A stretch of DNA of 64,000 bases, taken from IMG/VR virus record IMGVR_UViG_3300036832_000855, positions 1 to 64,000 of that record, one strand, 5' to 3'. This document shows positions 44,032-52,340 of this stretch, piece after piece. Under the pieces are notes generated by a model. The model was not told the DNA's origin. It did no database searches and worked only from the letters and a program-made list of their open reading frames with translations. The number at the start of each line of letters is the position of its first letter. Position 1 is the stretch's first letter. Both the position numbers and the translations under genes were made by a program. The DNA comes from a virus.

Positions 44032-44230
44032 CCAACCCAGACCCGTGGGTGCTGATGGAGGACAACAATCCCGACGCCCGCATCCACCTCTACCACCACC
44101 CTGCAACTGGATCCAGCGCGTGCAACTCAACGAGCCGGTGAGCAAGCGCCGCCTGTCCGAATGCGCCGGGCACCCCTGGTGCCACCGCTGTCAGGAACTC
44201 CCGATGTTCGCGCACATGCCACAGCCCTGA
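44028..44230 (+). pseudogene. small Zn-binding protein with an apparent frameshift near 44100
   Basis: MTNPDPW...HLYHH continues in another frame as PCNWIQR...PWCHRC. Confidence 0.5.
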
Positions 44231-44235
44231 GGCCA

Positions 44236-44676
44236 TCAGGCCAGGTCGCGCCGTTCGTACAGGCAGAGCTTCCCGTACTTCCACGCGAGCCTTCGGCCCT
44301 TGATCAGCCTCTCCGCTCGCGCCCACGCCTGCGCACGCGGCGCCTGAATCTGCCGCTGGATGTCACGCCAACGGATCAGACCCGAATCCTGCACGATGGC
44401 CAGAATCCCCTGGTCGATCTCCCGCCGCCGCTCGCCACGACTCCGGGGAGCAACACGCGGCTGGTGGTAGCGCCGGTGGCACGGCCCGCACAGCACCGTC
44501 AGGTCCCCCGGCAGCTCACGGCCCACGCGCTCGTAGGTGCGGTGGTGGACGTGCAGCACCGGCGCGGCCACGTTGCAGAGCTGACAGCGTCCGCCCGCCC
44601 GCTCGATCGCCTCCTCGCGCTTCGCTCGCCAGGCGGCGCTCTCTAGATACTCCCGATACGCCTTACCTCTCTTCAT
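44236..44676 (-). CDS. HNH endonuclease
   Basis: YREYLES.AWRAKR...CQLC..LHVHHRTY...DLTVLCGPCH. Confidence 0.88.
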   Translation of the reverse strand: MKRGKAYREYLESAAWRAKREEAIERAGGRCQLCNVAAPVLHVHHRTYERVGRELPGDLTVLCGPCHRRYHQPRVAPRSRGERRREIDQGILAIVQDSGLIRWRDIQRQIQAPRAQAWARAERLIKGRRLAWKYGKLCLYERRDLA

Positions 44677-44990
44677 GGGCCTGCCTCCTCTATCCGAGGG
44701 AGAGTTCGGAGCAGGGCTGGGCTCTAGTCGCGGCCAGAAACCGCAACCGGCCTTCCATCCGATGGAGCCGTCCGTCGACATGGGAGGGCCAATCGAGCTA
44801 GGCGGCTGGTGGGTAGTCCCGCCCTGCGCTCTCCTGAGTTAGTCCCCCTCGGCGCGACCCGAGAGGCCACCAGTCCCCCTTGCTGTCGCCCTGAGGGGGT
44901 ATGGGCGTCCGCGCCCGGGCCTACACTGGAGCCTCTTCTTGGTGGAAGACCTTGGGCCCCGGTTGGCGCCGGGGCTCGCCTATTTCAGGG

Positions 44991-46805
44991 CTAGTCACCG
45001 GCGGTCAGCAGCTCATCTTGCAAGCGGTAGATGTTGTCGGCCTTCCGGCGCGCCTGCTCCTTGTAGATCCCGTAGCCGCCGAGCTTCTTGAGCGTGTTCT
45101 CCAGGGCGCCCGCGGTGACGTCGTGGCCCGCACGGTGCAGCGCGTTCTTGATCTGCCCGTACGTCGCGAACCCGCCGGACGAGTCGCGGATCAGCTCGTA
45201 CACGAACTGGCGCCGATCGAAGCTCGGGGTCGGCTCGATGTCGACCAGTTTCTCCGACTGCGTCTCGGGCTGGAGTGCGTAGCCGGTGATCCGGCTGAAG
45301 TTCACGTTCCAGTGCGAGCCGACGGGCCGGTGGCCCTGCTCGGCGACCTCGCCTTCGCGGTCCTTCCACAGGTGCAGCCACGATCGGCTCTGCGACTTGC
45401 GCTCGATCCCGAGCAGCATCTCGGCGCCCCACTGCCAGGCGGATGAGCCGAACAGGTCGTGGACCGTGAGCGGCTGATCGTCGCGCGCCTTGCGGCAGTG
45501 CATCGGCAGCAGCAGGCTGAAGCCGTAGCGCTCGCGCCAGTCGTCGAACCGGCGCATCAACTCGACGGCCGCTTGCGTGTCGTTCGGGTCGCCGCGCGTG
45601 AGCTTGTACAGCGGGTCGAGCGCGACGATGTCGTAGTGCCCGTCGTAGAAGATCCGCTCCATCCGCTCGATCGCCTCCTTGTCCGAGTCGAGCGCGAGCC
45701 CGTCCGGCACCTGGAGGTACTTGACGCGGTCGCTGTCCTGTAGGCCGACCTCGCGGATCCGGCGCTTGACGGTCCGGCGGCCCTGCTCGACGTCGACCAC
45801 GAGCGCACGGAGATCGCCGCGGCCCTCCCAGTTCAGGAACGGTCGGCCGTAGCAGGCGGCGGCCGTCATGTGCAGCACAAACGTCGTCTTGCCGTGGCCG
45901 GTCCAGCCTCCGACCACGATCCGGTGGCCCTTGTAGATCAGCGGGCCGAGCAGATAGCCCTCGGTGTCGGGGTCGGGGAGCTGCATGAACTCGCGGGCGC
46001 TCAGCACCTGCATGCGCTCGGGCTCGACCACGACCTGGTTGTCCGGGTCGACGTCGACCAGGGTCTTGAGTCCGTACCCAGCGGCGACGTGGTCGGTGAC
46101 GTCCTTGCCGACGGCGGGCTGGCGCACGATCACCTTGGCGGCGACACCCTTGAGCGCCTGGTAGACAGCGTGCGCGTGCTCCTGGCCGGGCCGGTGGCCG
46201 GTCTTCGGGTCGACCGGGTCGACGTCCTGGATGATCAGCACGTTGGCGCCGCGGAGCGTCTCGGTGTACTCGTCCCGCCACTTCCCGGCGCCGCCGGGGC
46301 AGGTCGTCGCCACCTTGCCCTTGCCCTCCAGGGTGTGGACATCCCTCTCGCCCTCGACGAGGCAGACCAGCTCACGGGCCTTGACCGCCTCGATCACCTT
46401 CGGCAGCCGGTAGAGGACGCGCCGGACGTCCTGGATCCCCCACTCGCCGTTCGGTCGGCGCTGGCGGAAGTCCTTCGGGCTGAAGCGGACCACCTGGAAC
46501 AGCGGCTTGCCGTCCTCGTCGGTGTAGTCGTAGCTCGCGACCTCGACCCGGTCGGTCGGCTGCTCCTCCAGCTCGAACAGCTCGCGGACGTCGAGGCCGA
46601 GCGCACGGGCGAGCTGGTCAAGCGTGCATCCGGCGTGGCAGAACACGAGCGCCCGGCCGTCGTCGCCCTGGTCGAGCTTGAAGCTCGGGTCGCGGTCGTC
46701 ATGCGCCGGGCACTTGGCCGTCCAGCCGTGCTGCTCGCTGCCGCGGGCGTTGCAGTCGAGCGCCCACAGTCGGGACAGCACCTTCTCTACCGCCTCAGAC
46801 GGCAT
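44991..46805 (-). CDS. DNA primase-helicase (Zn-binding + TOPRIM + RepA/AAA_25-type helicase)
   Basis: CPAHDDRDPS..CHAGC; LVEGERD..DVD; GWTGHGKT Walker A; VALDPL; HCRK. Confidence 0.9.
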   Translation of the reverse strand: MPSEAVEKVLSRLWALDCNARGSEQHGWTAKCPAHDDRDPSFKLDQGDDGRALVFCHAGCTLDQLARALGLDVRELFELEEQPTDRVEVASYDYTDEDGKPLFQVVRFSPKDFRQRRPNGEWGIQDVRRVLYRLPKVIEAVKARELVCLVEGERDVHTLEGKGKVATTCPGGAGKWRDEYTETLRGANVLIIQDVDPVDPKTGHRPGQEHAHAVYQALKGVAAKVIVRQPAVGKDVTDHVAAGYGLKTLVDVDPDNQVVVEPERMQVLSAREFMQLPDPDTEGYLLGPLIYKGHRIVVGGWTGHGKTTFVLHMTAAACYGRPFLNWEGRGDLRALVVDVEQGRRTVKRRIREVGLQDSDRVKYLQVPDGLALDSDKEAIERMERIFYDGHYDIVALDPLYKLTRGDPNDTQAAVELMRRFDDWRERYGFSLLLPMHCRKARDDQPLTVHDLFGSSAWQWGAEMLLGIERKSQSRSWLHLWKDREGEVAEQGHRPVGSHWNVNFSRITGYALQPETQSEKLVDIEPTPSFDRRQFVYELIRDSSGGFATYGQIKNALHRAGHDVTAGALENTLKKLGGYGIYKEQARRKADNIYRLQDELLTAGD

Positions 46806-46923
46806 GAGACCTCCACGCGGACGGACGAGACCGAGCACACGATGTGCGCTCCGATCGGCAGACGGCTCACGTTACACGCGGCCACGGGCCGAGGCAAGCC
46901 GAAAGATGCCGCAGTTTGCGGGT

Positions 46924-47268
46924 TCAGTCCAGCGGAGCGGCTGACAAGACCTGCGCGAAGTGTCGGCGCTCGGTGCCGACGCGGAACCCTCGATCCTTGA
47001 TCGGCGGGAACGCCACGTACTCGACCTCCAGCTCCAGCACTACCTTGATCCGGTCGCCCTCAGCGAACTGCCCCTGCACCGCCATCGGCGGCACCGGCGC
47101 CAGCTTCAACGTCGAGTCCGACAGGTCGTATTCCGAGCCCAGGTCGAAACTGAGCTGCTCCGCCGTGCCCACGATCGGGGAACCCAGCACCGCCACGTCC
47201 ATGTCTTCCAGCGACTCTTTCTCGCCCTGCTCGTCGACTACCTGGCCGTTGCTTTGCTGCTTCGCCAT
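46924..47268 (-). CDS. hypothetical protein (MAKQQSN...)
   Basis: AAGGAG RBS. Confidence 0.65.
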   Translation of the reverse strand: MAKQQSNGQVVDEQGEKESLEDMDVAVLGSPIVGTAEQLSFDLGSEYDLSDSTLKLAPVPPMAVQGQFAEGDRIKVVLELEVEYVAFPPIKDRGFRVGTERRHFAQVLSAAPLD

Positions 47269-47635
47269 CGTGTTCTCCTTGGGGATCAGGGTGCGGTGTG
47301 TGTCCCGTCGATGGCGCCGGGTAGTAGCGAGCGATCCACCAGTCGAGCCCCAGCTCGTTGATGAACTCCCAGTTCTCCGCGGTGAGCAACGTGCGTGGCA
47401 TACGCCGGAAAGCGCTCGTGTGCCGCGCGTGGCATCGCTCACAAAGTGCGATACCGCTGCGGGGATCCCAGACGAGGGTGCCGGGATCTAGACGGCGCTC
47501 GCGCTCGACGCGCTCAAGCCTCGCCTGCGTGATCACGTGATGACCCTGGACGCGCACTCTCCCCTTGCACACGACGCAGGGTTTGGGGGGTCGGCCGACT
47601 ACCTTCCGGTGCCACGCCCGAGCCGGATCTTTCAT
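47060..47635 (-). CDS. HNH-like endonuclease
   Basis: CVVC...HHVI...IALCERCHARH; the 3' part overlaps the next gene. Confidence 0.7.
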   Translation of the reverse strand: MKDPARAWHRKVVGRPPKPCVVCKGRVRVQGHHVITQARLERVERERRLDPGTLVWDPRSGIALCERCHARHTSAFRRMPRTLLTAENWEFINELGLDWWIARYYPAPSTGHTPHPDPQGEHDGEAAKQRPGSRRAGRERVAGRHGRGGAGFPDRGHGGAAQFRPGLGIRPVGLDVEAGAGAADGGAGAVR

Positions 47636-47762
47636 GGAGCGGGCGAGGACGGTCGGGACACGGACGGCACTCTACGCTCGATCTGAGACGTGTTGGTACT
47701 TCGATTCAGATGACGTCCGATCCACCTGCTTGCATCCCTCCTCCCGACCGAGGAGACACCAC

Positions 47763-48971
47763 GTGACGATCGCGCGTACGCCTTACCCCAGGGCGCTGGA
47801 GGAGTTTCCGGCTGTCCGCCAGAGCACCCTGTCGGACTTCGACGAGTGCGGCCTGGAGAGCCTGTTCGAGCGCCGCTACCGCAAGTCGTTCTCGGACGCG
47901 GCGTCCGGACGCGGGATCATCTGGCACCGGGCGGCGGCGAAGATGCTGCGCGAGATGGCCGCCCAGGGCGAGGAGCGCCTGGAGGTCGACGTCGGCCTCG
48001 CGATCATGCTGGAGACGCTGAGGCAGACCGACGTGCCGATCGAGGAGATGGTCACCTGCCCGATGAAGGAGATCCACGACCTGCTGTGGATGACGAAGAA
48101 GTTCTGCTCGGAGAAGACCTGGTCGATCGAGCGGCTCGTGTCGGTCGAGGAGCGCCTGGCGGCGACGCTGTACTACCCGAACCCGTACGGGGGGCAGGTT
48201 GAGCGGATCTTCTCCGGACAGCTCGACGCACTGTTCGCGGAGGGCGAGAACCTGGAGCGCGGGATCGTGGTGGACTGGAAAACTGGCTGGTGGCTGCCGC
48301 CGCCGTCGGAGATCTCCGAGGCGGGCTTCTTCCAGCAGCGCTCGTACGCGCTGCTCGGCTTCCGCAACCACTCGCCGTTCACGTCGATCACGTTGTACGA
48401 GTTCTACCCGCGCTACTCGCAGGCGCGCGAGGCGACGCTGTACCGCGACCAGCTCGACGAGATCGAGCTGACGATGTCCGCGCTGGTCGAGCGGTTCGAC
48501 CGGTCGGTGGAGGAGGACACGTGGCACGCGAGCCCCGGCAACCACTGCGGACACTGTCCGCGGCCGATGGCCTGCCCGATCTTCCCGAAGGCCCGGCGCC
48601 GGGGTGCGATCCGCTCCGCGGAGGAGGCAGAGCTGGCGGTCGAGCAGGTGCTGGTCGGCGAGAAGGCGATCGCCCAGAACAAGGAGGCCCTGAAGGCGTG
48701 GGCGCACGTTCACGGGCCGGTGCCCGTCCGCGACGCCAAGGCCAACCGGGTGTACGGCCACCGCGTACAGAAGCGTACGCGTCGGCCGACGAAGGAGGAG
48801 ACGGCGAACGCGCTGGCCCTCGGGCAGTCGCCCGAGGATCTCTACCGTGACGAGATCGGCACACGCTTCGACATCCACATCCCGAAGATCGAGCTGGAAC
48901 CAGAGCCGGACCTGGAGGAGCTGCTGCGGCAGTCCCTGGAGCTGGCAGAACAGAGGAGACGTAATGGCTGA
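47763..48971 (+). CDS. PD-(D/E)XK exonuclease (RecE/AddB/Cas4-like, Fe-S cysteines)
   Basis: GQLDAL...VVDWKTG...Q.RSY; C-terminal CGHCPRPMAC; GTG after exact CCGACCGAGGAG (47744-47755). Confidence 0.85.
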   Translation: MTIARTPYPRALEEFPAVRQSTLSDFDECGLESLFERRYRKSFSDAASGRGIIWHRAAAKMLREMAAQGEERLEVDVGLAIMLETLRQTDVPIEEMVTCPMKEIHDLLWMTKKFCSEKTWSIERLVSVEERLAATLYYPNPYGGQVERIFSGQLDALFAEGENLERGIVVDWKTGWWLPPPSEISEAGFFQQRSYALLGFRNHSPFTSITLYEFYPRYSQAREATLYRDQLDEIELTMSALVERFDRSVEEDTWHASPGNHCGHCPRPMACPIFPKARRRGAIRSAEEAELAVEQVLVGEKAIAQNKEALKAWAHVHGPVPVRDAKANRVYGHRVQKRTRRPTKEETANALALGQSPEDLYRDEIGTRFDIHIPKIELEPEPDLEELLRQSLELAEQRRRNG

Positions 48972-49899
48972 GACCGAGGTAAGGCCAGAGCCCGAGAGCA
49001 AGATGGTGGTGCGGGCGGTGCCCACGCCGCTGACCAAACCGGCGCGGTTCGCGTTCGACAACGAGCAGCTCGCGCTGATGAAGCGGACCGTCGCCCGCGG
49101 CGCTGACGACAACGCGTTCCTGCTGTTCCTGGAGCTGATCGGCAGATACAAGCTCGACCCGTTCGCCGGGCACGCGTACCTGGCGAAGATGCCGGGGCAG
49201 GACGGCGAGCCGCCGACGTTCAAGACGATCATCGCTCGCGACGGGCTGCTGGCGATCGCCAACCGGTACGAGGACTTCGGCGGCCTCGAAGGCGACGTGA
49301 TCTACGCCACCGACACGATCGCCCGCACCAAGGACGGCTTCGTCCACCTGTACCCGGAGATCGCCGCCGCCGAGCGGCTGAAGCAGGACATCGTCGGCGC
49401 GTGGTGCCGGTGCTTCCGCGCGGGCCGGGTGCCCACGTTCTTCCTGGCGAAGTGGGCGAGCTACAACCGCCCGAACATGAAGCGCACCTGGGGCAAGTAC
49501 CCGGACGCGATGATCCTGAAGGTGGCCGAGTCGATGGCGCTGCGCAAGCAGTTCTCGATCACGGGCATGATCCCCGAGGACGAGATCGGTGCGCGCTACG
49601 ACGACAAGCTCGGCGGGATCGTCGAAGGGACCGCGACCGTGATCGAGCAGGAGCCCGACTGGGGCCCGGACGACGAGATCGCCCAGCAGCTTCAGGTCGC
49701 GTTCAGCGAGGCGAACCGGATCCGGCCGGGGAGCTTCCTGCCGCAGAAGGTCCGGCTGAAGCTCGCCGGGGCCGACCAGGCGACGCGCATGGGGATCCTC
49801 CAGGAGGTCACCGACTTCGTGCTGAAGCACGGCGGCTCGCTACCCATTGAGGGCGAAGCCGTCGAGGATGCCCCTGAGGGCGCAGGGGAAGCCGTCTGA
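48964..49899 (+). CDS. bet: Bet/RecT single-strand annealing protein
   Basis: FLELIGRYKLDPF..Y...IIARDGLLAIANR...W.KYPDAMILKVAESMALRKQF. Confidence 0.88.
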   Translation: MAETEVRPEPESKMVVRAVPTPLTKPARFAFDNEQLALMKRTVARGADDNAFLLFLELIGRYKLDPFAGHAYLAKMPGQDGEPPTFKTIIARDGLLAIANRYEDFGGLEGDVIYATDTIARTKDGFVHLYPEIAAAERLKQDIVGAWCRCFRAGRVPTFFLAKWASYNRPNMKRTWGKYPDAMILKVAESMALRKQFSITGMIPEDEIGARYDDKLGGIVEGTATVIEQEPDWGPDDEIAQQLQVAFSEANRIRPGSFLPQKVRLKLAGADQATRMGILQEVTDFVLKHGGSLPIEGEAVEDAPEGAGEAV

Positions 49900-49939
49900 G
49901 CGCCTCCGAGCGCCTCCCCCTACCCACGGGTCACCCTGC

Positions 49940-50021
49940 AGAAACGGCCGCCTAAGGGCGGCCGTTTCGTGAGACGCGAGCGTTCAATCCCGACCGAGGA
50001 GTGAGGGCCGCTCGCGTTCTC
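49940..50021 (-). ncRNA. Candidate antisense sRNA complementary to the shared CCGACCGAGGAG RBS motif
   Basis: 12-bp stem (50021-50009 / 49982-49971) whose loop carries CUCCUCGGUCGGGAUUG; followed by the terminator; TATCCT at 50033-50028. Confidence 0.6.
49941..49968. terminator. Bidirectional intrinsic terminator
   Basis: GAAACGGCCGCC-TAAG-GGCGGCCGTTTC between convergent bet and tail genes. Confidence 0.8.
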
Positions 50022-50060
50022 GTGCTCAGGATACACGAGACGCGCGCCGATTCGGCCGTT

Positions 50061-51224
50061 TCACGTCTTGATCAGGTACGTCGCGGCGACCCAGGGCTGC
50101 ATCACGTTGTGCGCAGCGCCGCCGCCGTCGTTGTTGATCGGGTGGGTGTGGCGAGTGTTCGCGCCGCCCGACTGGGCGCTCCACGTGTGGGTGTGGTTGG
50201 CGCTGATCCCACCCGTCTGGGCGCTGAACGAGTGCGCGTGGCGCGCGGTCGCTCCACTGGTGCCCGATCCACCGCCGATCGTTGCGCAACCCTGCCCGCC
50301 GGACTGGGTGACGGGCGAGTTGCTCGGGGACAGCGCCAGGTTGTGCGCGTGGTCCGGGCTGTCGGTCCCCGTGGTACCCGAAACGGCGTGCGAGTGATCG
50401 CTGCTCACGTAGCTGGTGGTCCCCGAGCTGTAGTGCGAGTGGTCGGGCGTGTCGTTCCCGGTGCTCGCGCCGTGCGCGTGGACCGGCATCTCGGCGTTCG
50501 CGAGCAGGTGGGTCTCCTCGCCGCCCTTGCTGGCGAGCACCCGGCTCGTCAGGCCCGCACCCTGCCCGGCGCCGATGGGAGCGCGGCCACGGAAGTCTGG
50601 AAGGGCAAACGTGGTCGATCCATCGCCTTGCCCCCACGGTGAAGTAGTGCCGCCAAGCGCCGCGTACAGCGCCGGAAAGGTAGTGCGACTCACCGTGGAG
50701 CCGTCGCACACGAGCCATCCGGCAGGCGGGGTCTGGCAGGCGGTCAACTTGATGTCCCCGGGCTGCCAGAGCTGCGCGCCGTCGACACCGCCGTCCACGA
50801 GCTGGCGCAGGTTTGTGATGCGCGTCCCATCGAAGATCGCCTCGCCGATCTTGCGGTAATGCGGCGTCGCCGGGGTGCCGGTCAGCAGCGCCGTCAGCGC
50901 GAACGTGTAGTCGGTCGAGTCGGTCTCGGGCGGCGGCGGCGTCGGGTTGGTCGCGAACGAGTTGTTGCCGGTGGTCGCGAAGATGCTGTAGGTCCCGGCC
51001 GCGCCGGTGACGGTCGTCTGGACGGTCGCGGAGACATAGCGCCACAGGCCGTCGATCCCGAGCGACACCTGGGCGTTACCGACGCCCGCGGCGATCTGGA
51101 CCTGATTGGAGCCGATCTGCGTCAGGAACAGGTTGCGGCTGCTCACACCGACAAACTCCTGGAGCGCGTCCAGGAAGTCCTGCGGGATCGGACTGCCGTA
51201 GCTGAGCTGCCGGTGCTTGCTCAC
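50061..51224 (-). CDS. short tail fibre with tail-collar domain
   Basis: PGDIK...PPAGWLVCDGSTVSRTTFPALYAALG...FALPDFRGRAPIG; HxH repeats; GTGA coupling. Confidence 0.9.
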   Translation of the reverse strand: MSKHRQLSYGSPIPQDFLDALQEFVGVSSRNLFLTQIGSNQVQIAAGVGNAQVSLGIDGLWRYVSATVQTTVTGAAGTYSIFATTGNNSFATNPTPPPPETDSTDYTFALTALLTGTPATPHYRKIGEAIFDGTRITNLRQLVDGGVDGAQLWQPGDIKLTACQTPPAGWLVCDGSTVSRTTFPALYAALGGTTSPWGQGDGSTTFALPDFRGRAPIGAGQGAGLTSRVLASKGGEETHLLANAEMPVHAHGASTGNDTPDHSHYSSGTTSYVSSDHSHAVSGTTGTDSPDHAHNLALSPSNSPVTQSGGQGCATIGGGSGTSGATARHAHSFSAQTGGISANHTHTWSAQSGGANTRHTHPINNDGGGAAHNVMQPWVAATYLIKT

Positions 51225-52336
51225 AGGGTGCCTCCGATGTTCGTGATGCCGACGAAGAAGCCATCCGAATACCCCTCGGTGATCGCCAGGTGCGCGGGCG
51301 TGAGATCGCGGATGAACGGCCAGCCGAAGCCCGCGTACGCCTGCGGGATCTTGATCGAAACCGTGTTCGCAGGTGGGGAGTTCGTCTGGGTGCTGGAGCT
51401 GTTGCCTGGCGTGCCCGTCCAGGTGCCGTTCAGATCCCCCGAGAAGTAGGCGGGGGCGGTTGCCCCGAGCAGCGCGAGTGCGGAGTCGACGTAAACGGTC
51501 TGCGCAGGGGTCACCGTGAACTGGATACACGCCGTGACGTTGGTGCGGTTCGCGGTCGGCGTCCACGTCGTCGTGTACCGCGTCCACGCGGTCGTCAGCA
51601 CATTGTTGGCGCTTGTGCCGAGATCGCCGCCGACGCCCAGGATGACGGCTGCTCGCTCACCACCAGCGTTGCCCTTCAGGTAGACCGCGAACGTGTACGT
51701 GACCCCTGCGGTGAAGGTGCCCGGCAGAAGTACCTCAGCGCCCTCGGCAGCAAGCGAGCCGTTCGACACGATCCGCATGGTGTTGTTGCCCGACTGCGCC
51801 GCGCCGGTCTGGCAGGTGAGGGCTGCTCCGACGTTGTTGAAGTTGCGCGACGCCGCCCACGCAGCAGGCGCCGCGCCGACCGTGTCGTGCTCGAAGCTCG
51901 GGTTCGGGATGAGGTTCGTGTAGTCCGTCGCCGGGTTGTGCTCCTGGTAGGACCAGCTCGTGCCGAACAGCGCGGTGATGCTGGCCTCCCAGTCCAGGCC
52001 GCGCCCCTGGCCCTTGAGCCGCCGCATGGTCGCGAGCGCGAGCTGCTGGCGGGCGGCGAGCGTCAGCCCGGGCGGGTTGATCGGCAGGCCGAGGAGCTGC
52101 TCGAACATCGGCAGCAGCGCGTCGGCGCTGGCCGGAAGGAAGTTCAGGATCACTGCCTGGCGTGCCTGTTCGAGCCGCAGCAGCTCGTTCGCGACGACCT
52201 CCAGGACCGTCTGGACCTCGTAGGCCGAGCGTTCGAACGGCGGCACCTCGCTGAGCAGATCGGCCGGATCCTCGTCGACCTGCGCCATGGTGCCGGGGCC
52301 GAACACCGCAAGCGGATCGGTCACGGTCACCGACAT
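51221..52336 (-). CDS. baseplate wedge protein (gp48/P2 gpI-like) with inserted CBM4/9-like domain
   Basis: Follows baseplate J; LLPMFEQLLGL...PAHL; NLIPNPSFE. Confidence 0.75.
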   Translation of the reverse strand: MSVTVTDPLAVFGPGTMAQVDEDPADLLSEVPPFERSAYEVQTVLEVVANELLRLEQARQAVILNFLPASADALLPMFEQLLGLPINPPGLTLAARQQLALATMRRLKGQGRGLDWEASITALFGTSWSYQEHNPATDYTNLIPNPSFEHDTVGAAPAAWAASRNFNNVGAALTCQTGAAQSGNNTMRIVSNGSLAAEGAEVLLPGTFTAGVTYTFAVYLKGNAGGERAAVILGVGGDLGTSANNVLTTAWTRYTTTWTPTANRTNVTACIQFTVTPAQTVYVDSALALLGATAPAYFSGDLNGTWTGTPGNSSSTQTNSPPANTVSIKIPQAYAGFGWPFIRDLTPAHLAITEGYSDGFFVGITNIGGTL

Positions 52337-52340
52337 GGGC

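Noticed and set aside
44028-44230. Programmed frameshift in a small gene
   Set aside because: No slippery heptamer; a single-base loss in a C-run is more simply a sequencing error or decay.
47763-48971. Cas4-like nuclease as a CRISPR component
   Set aside because: It is coupled to bet, the standard phage exonuclease-annealase pair; no array or other cas genes.
50001-50642. 213-aa plus-strand ORF directly after the orphan CCGACCGAGGAG
   Set aside because: Its GTG overlaps the last base of the SD (no spacing) and it is the antisense shadow of the tail-collar gene; not a credible gene.
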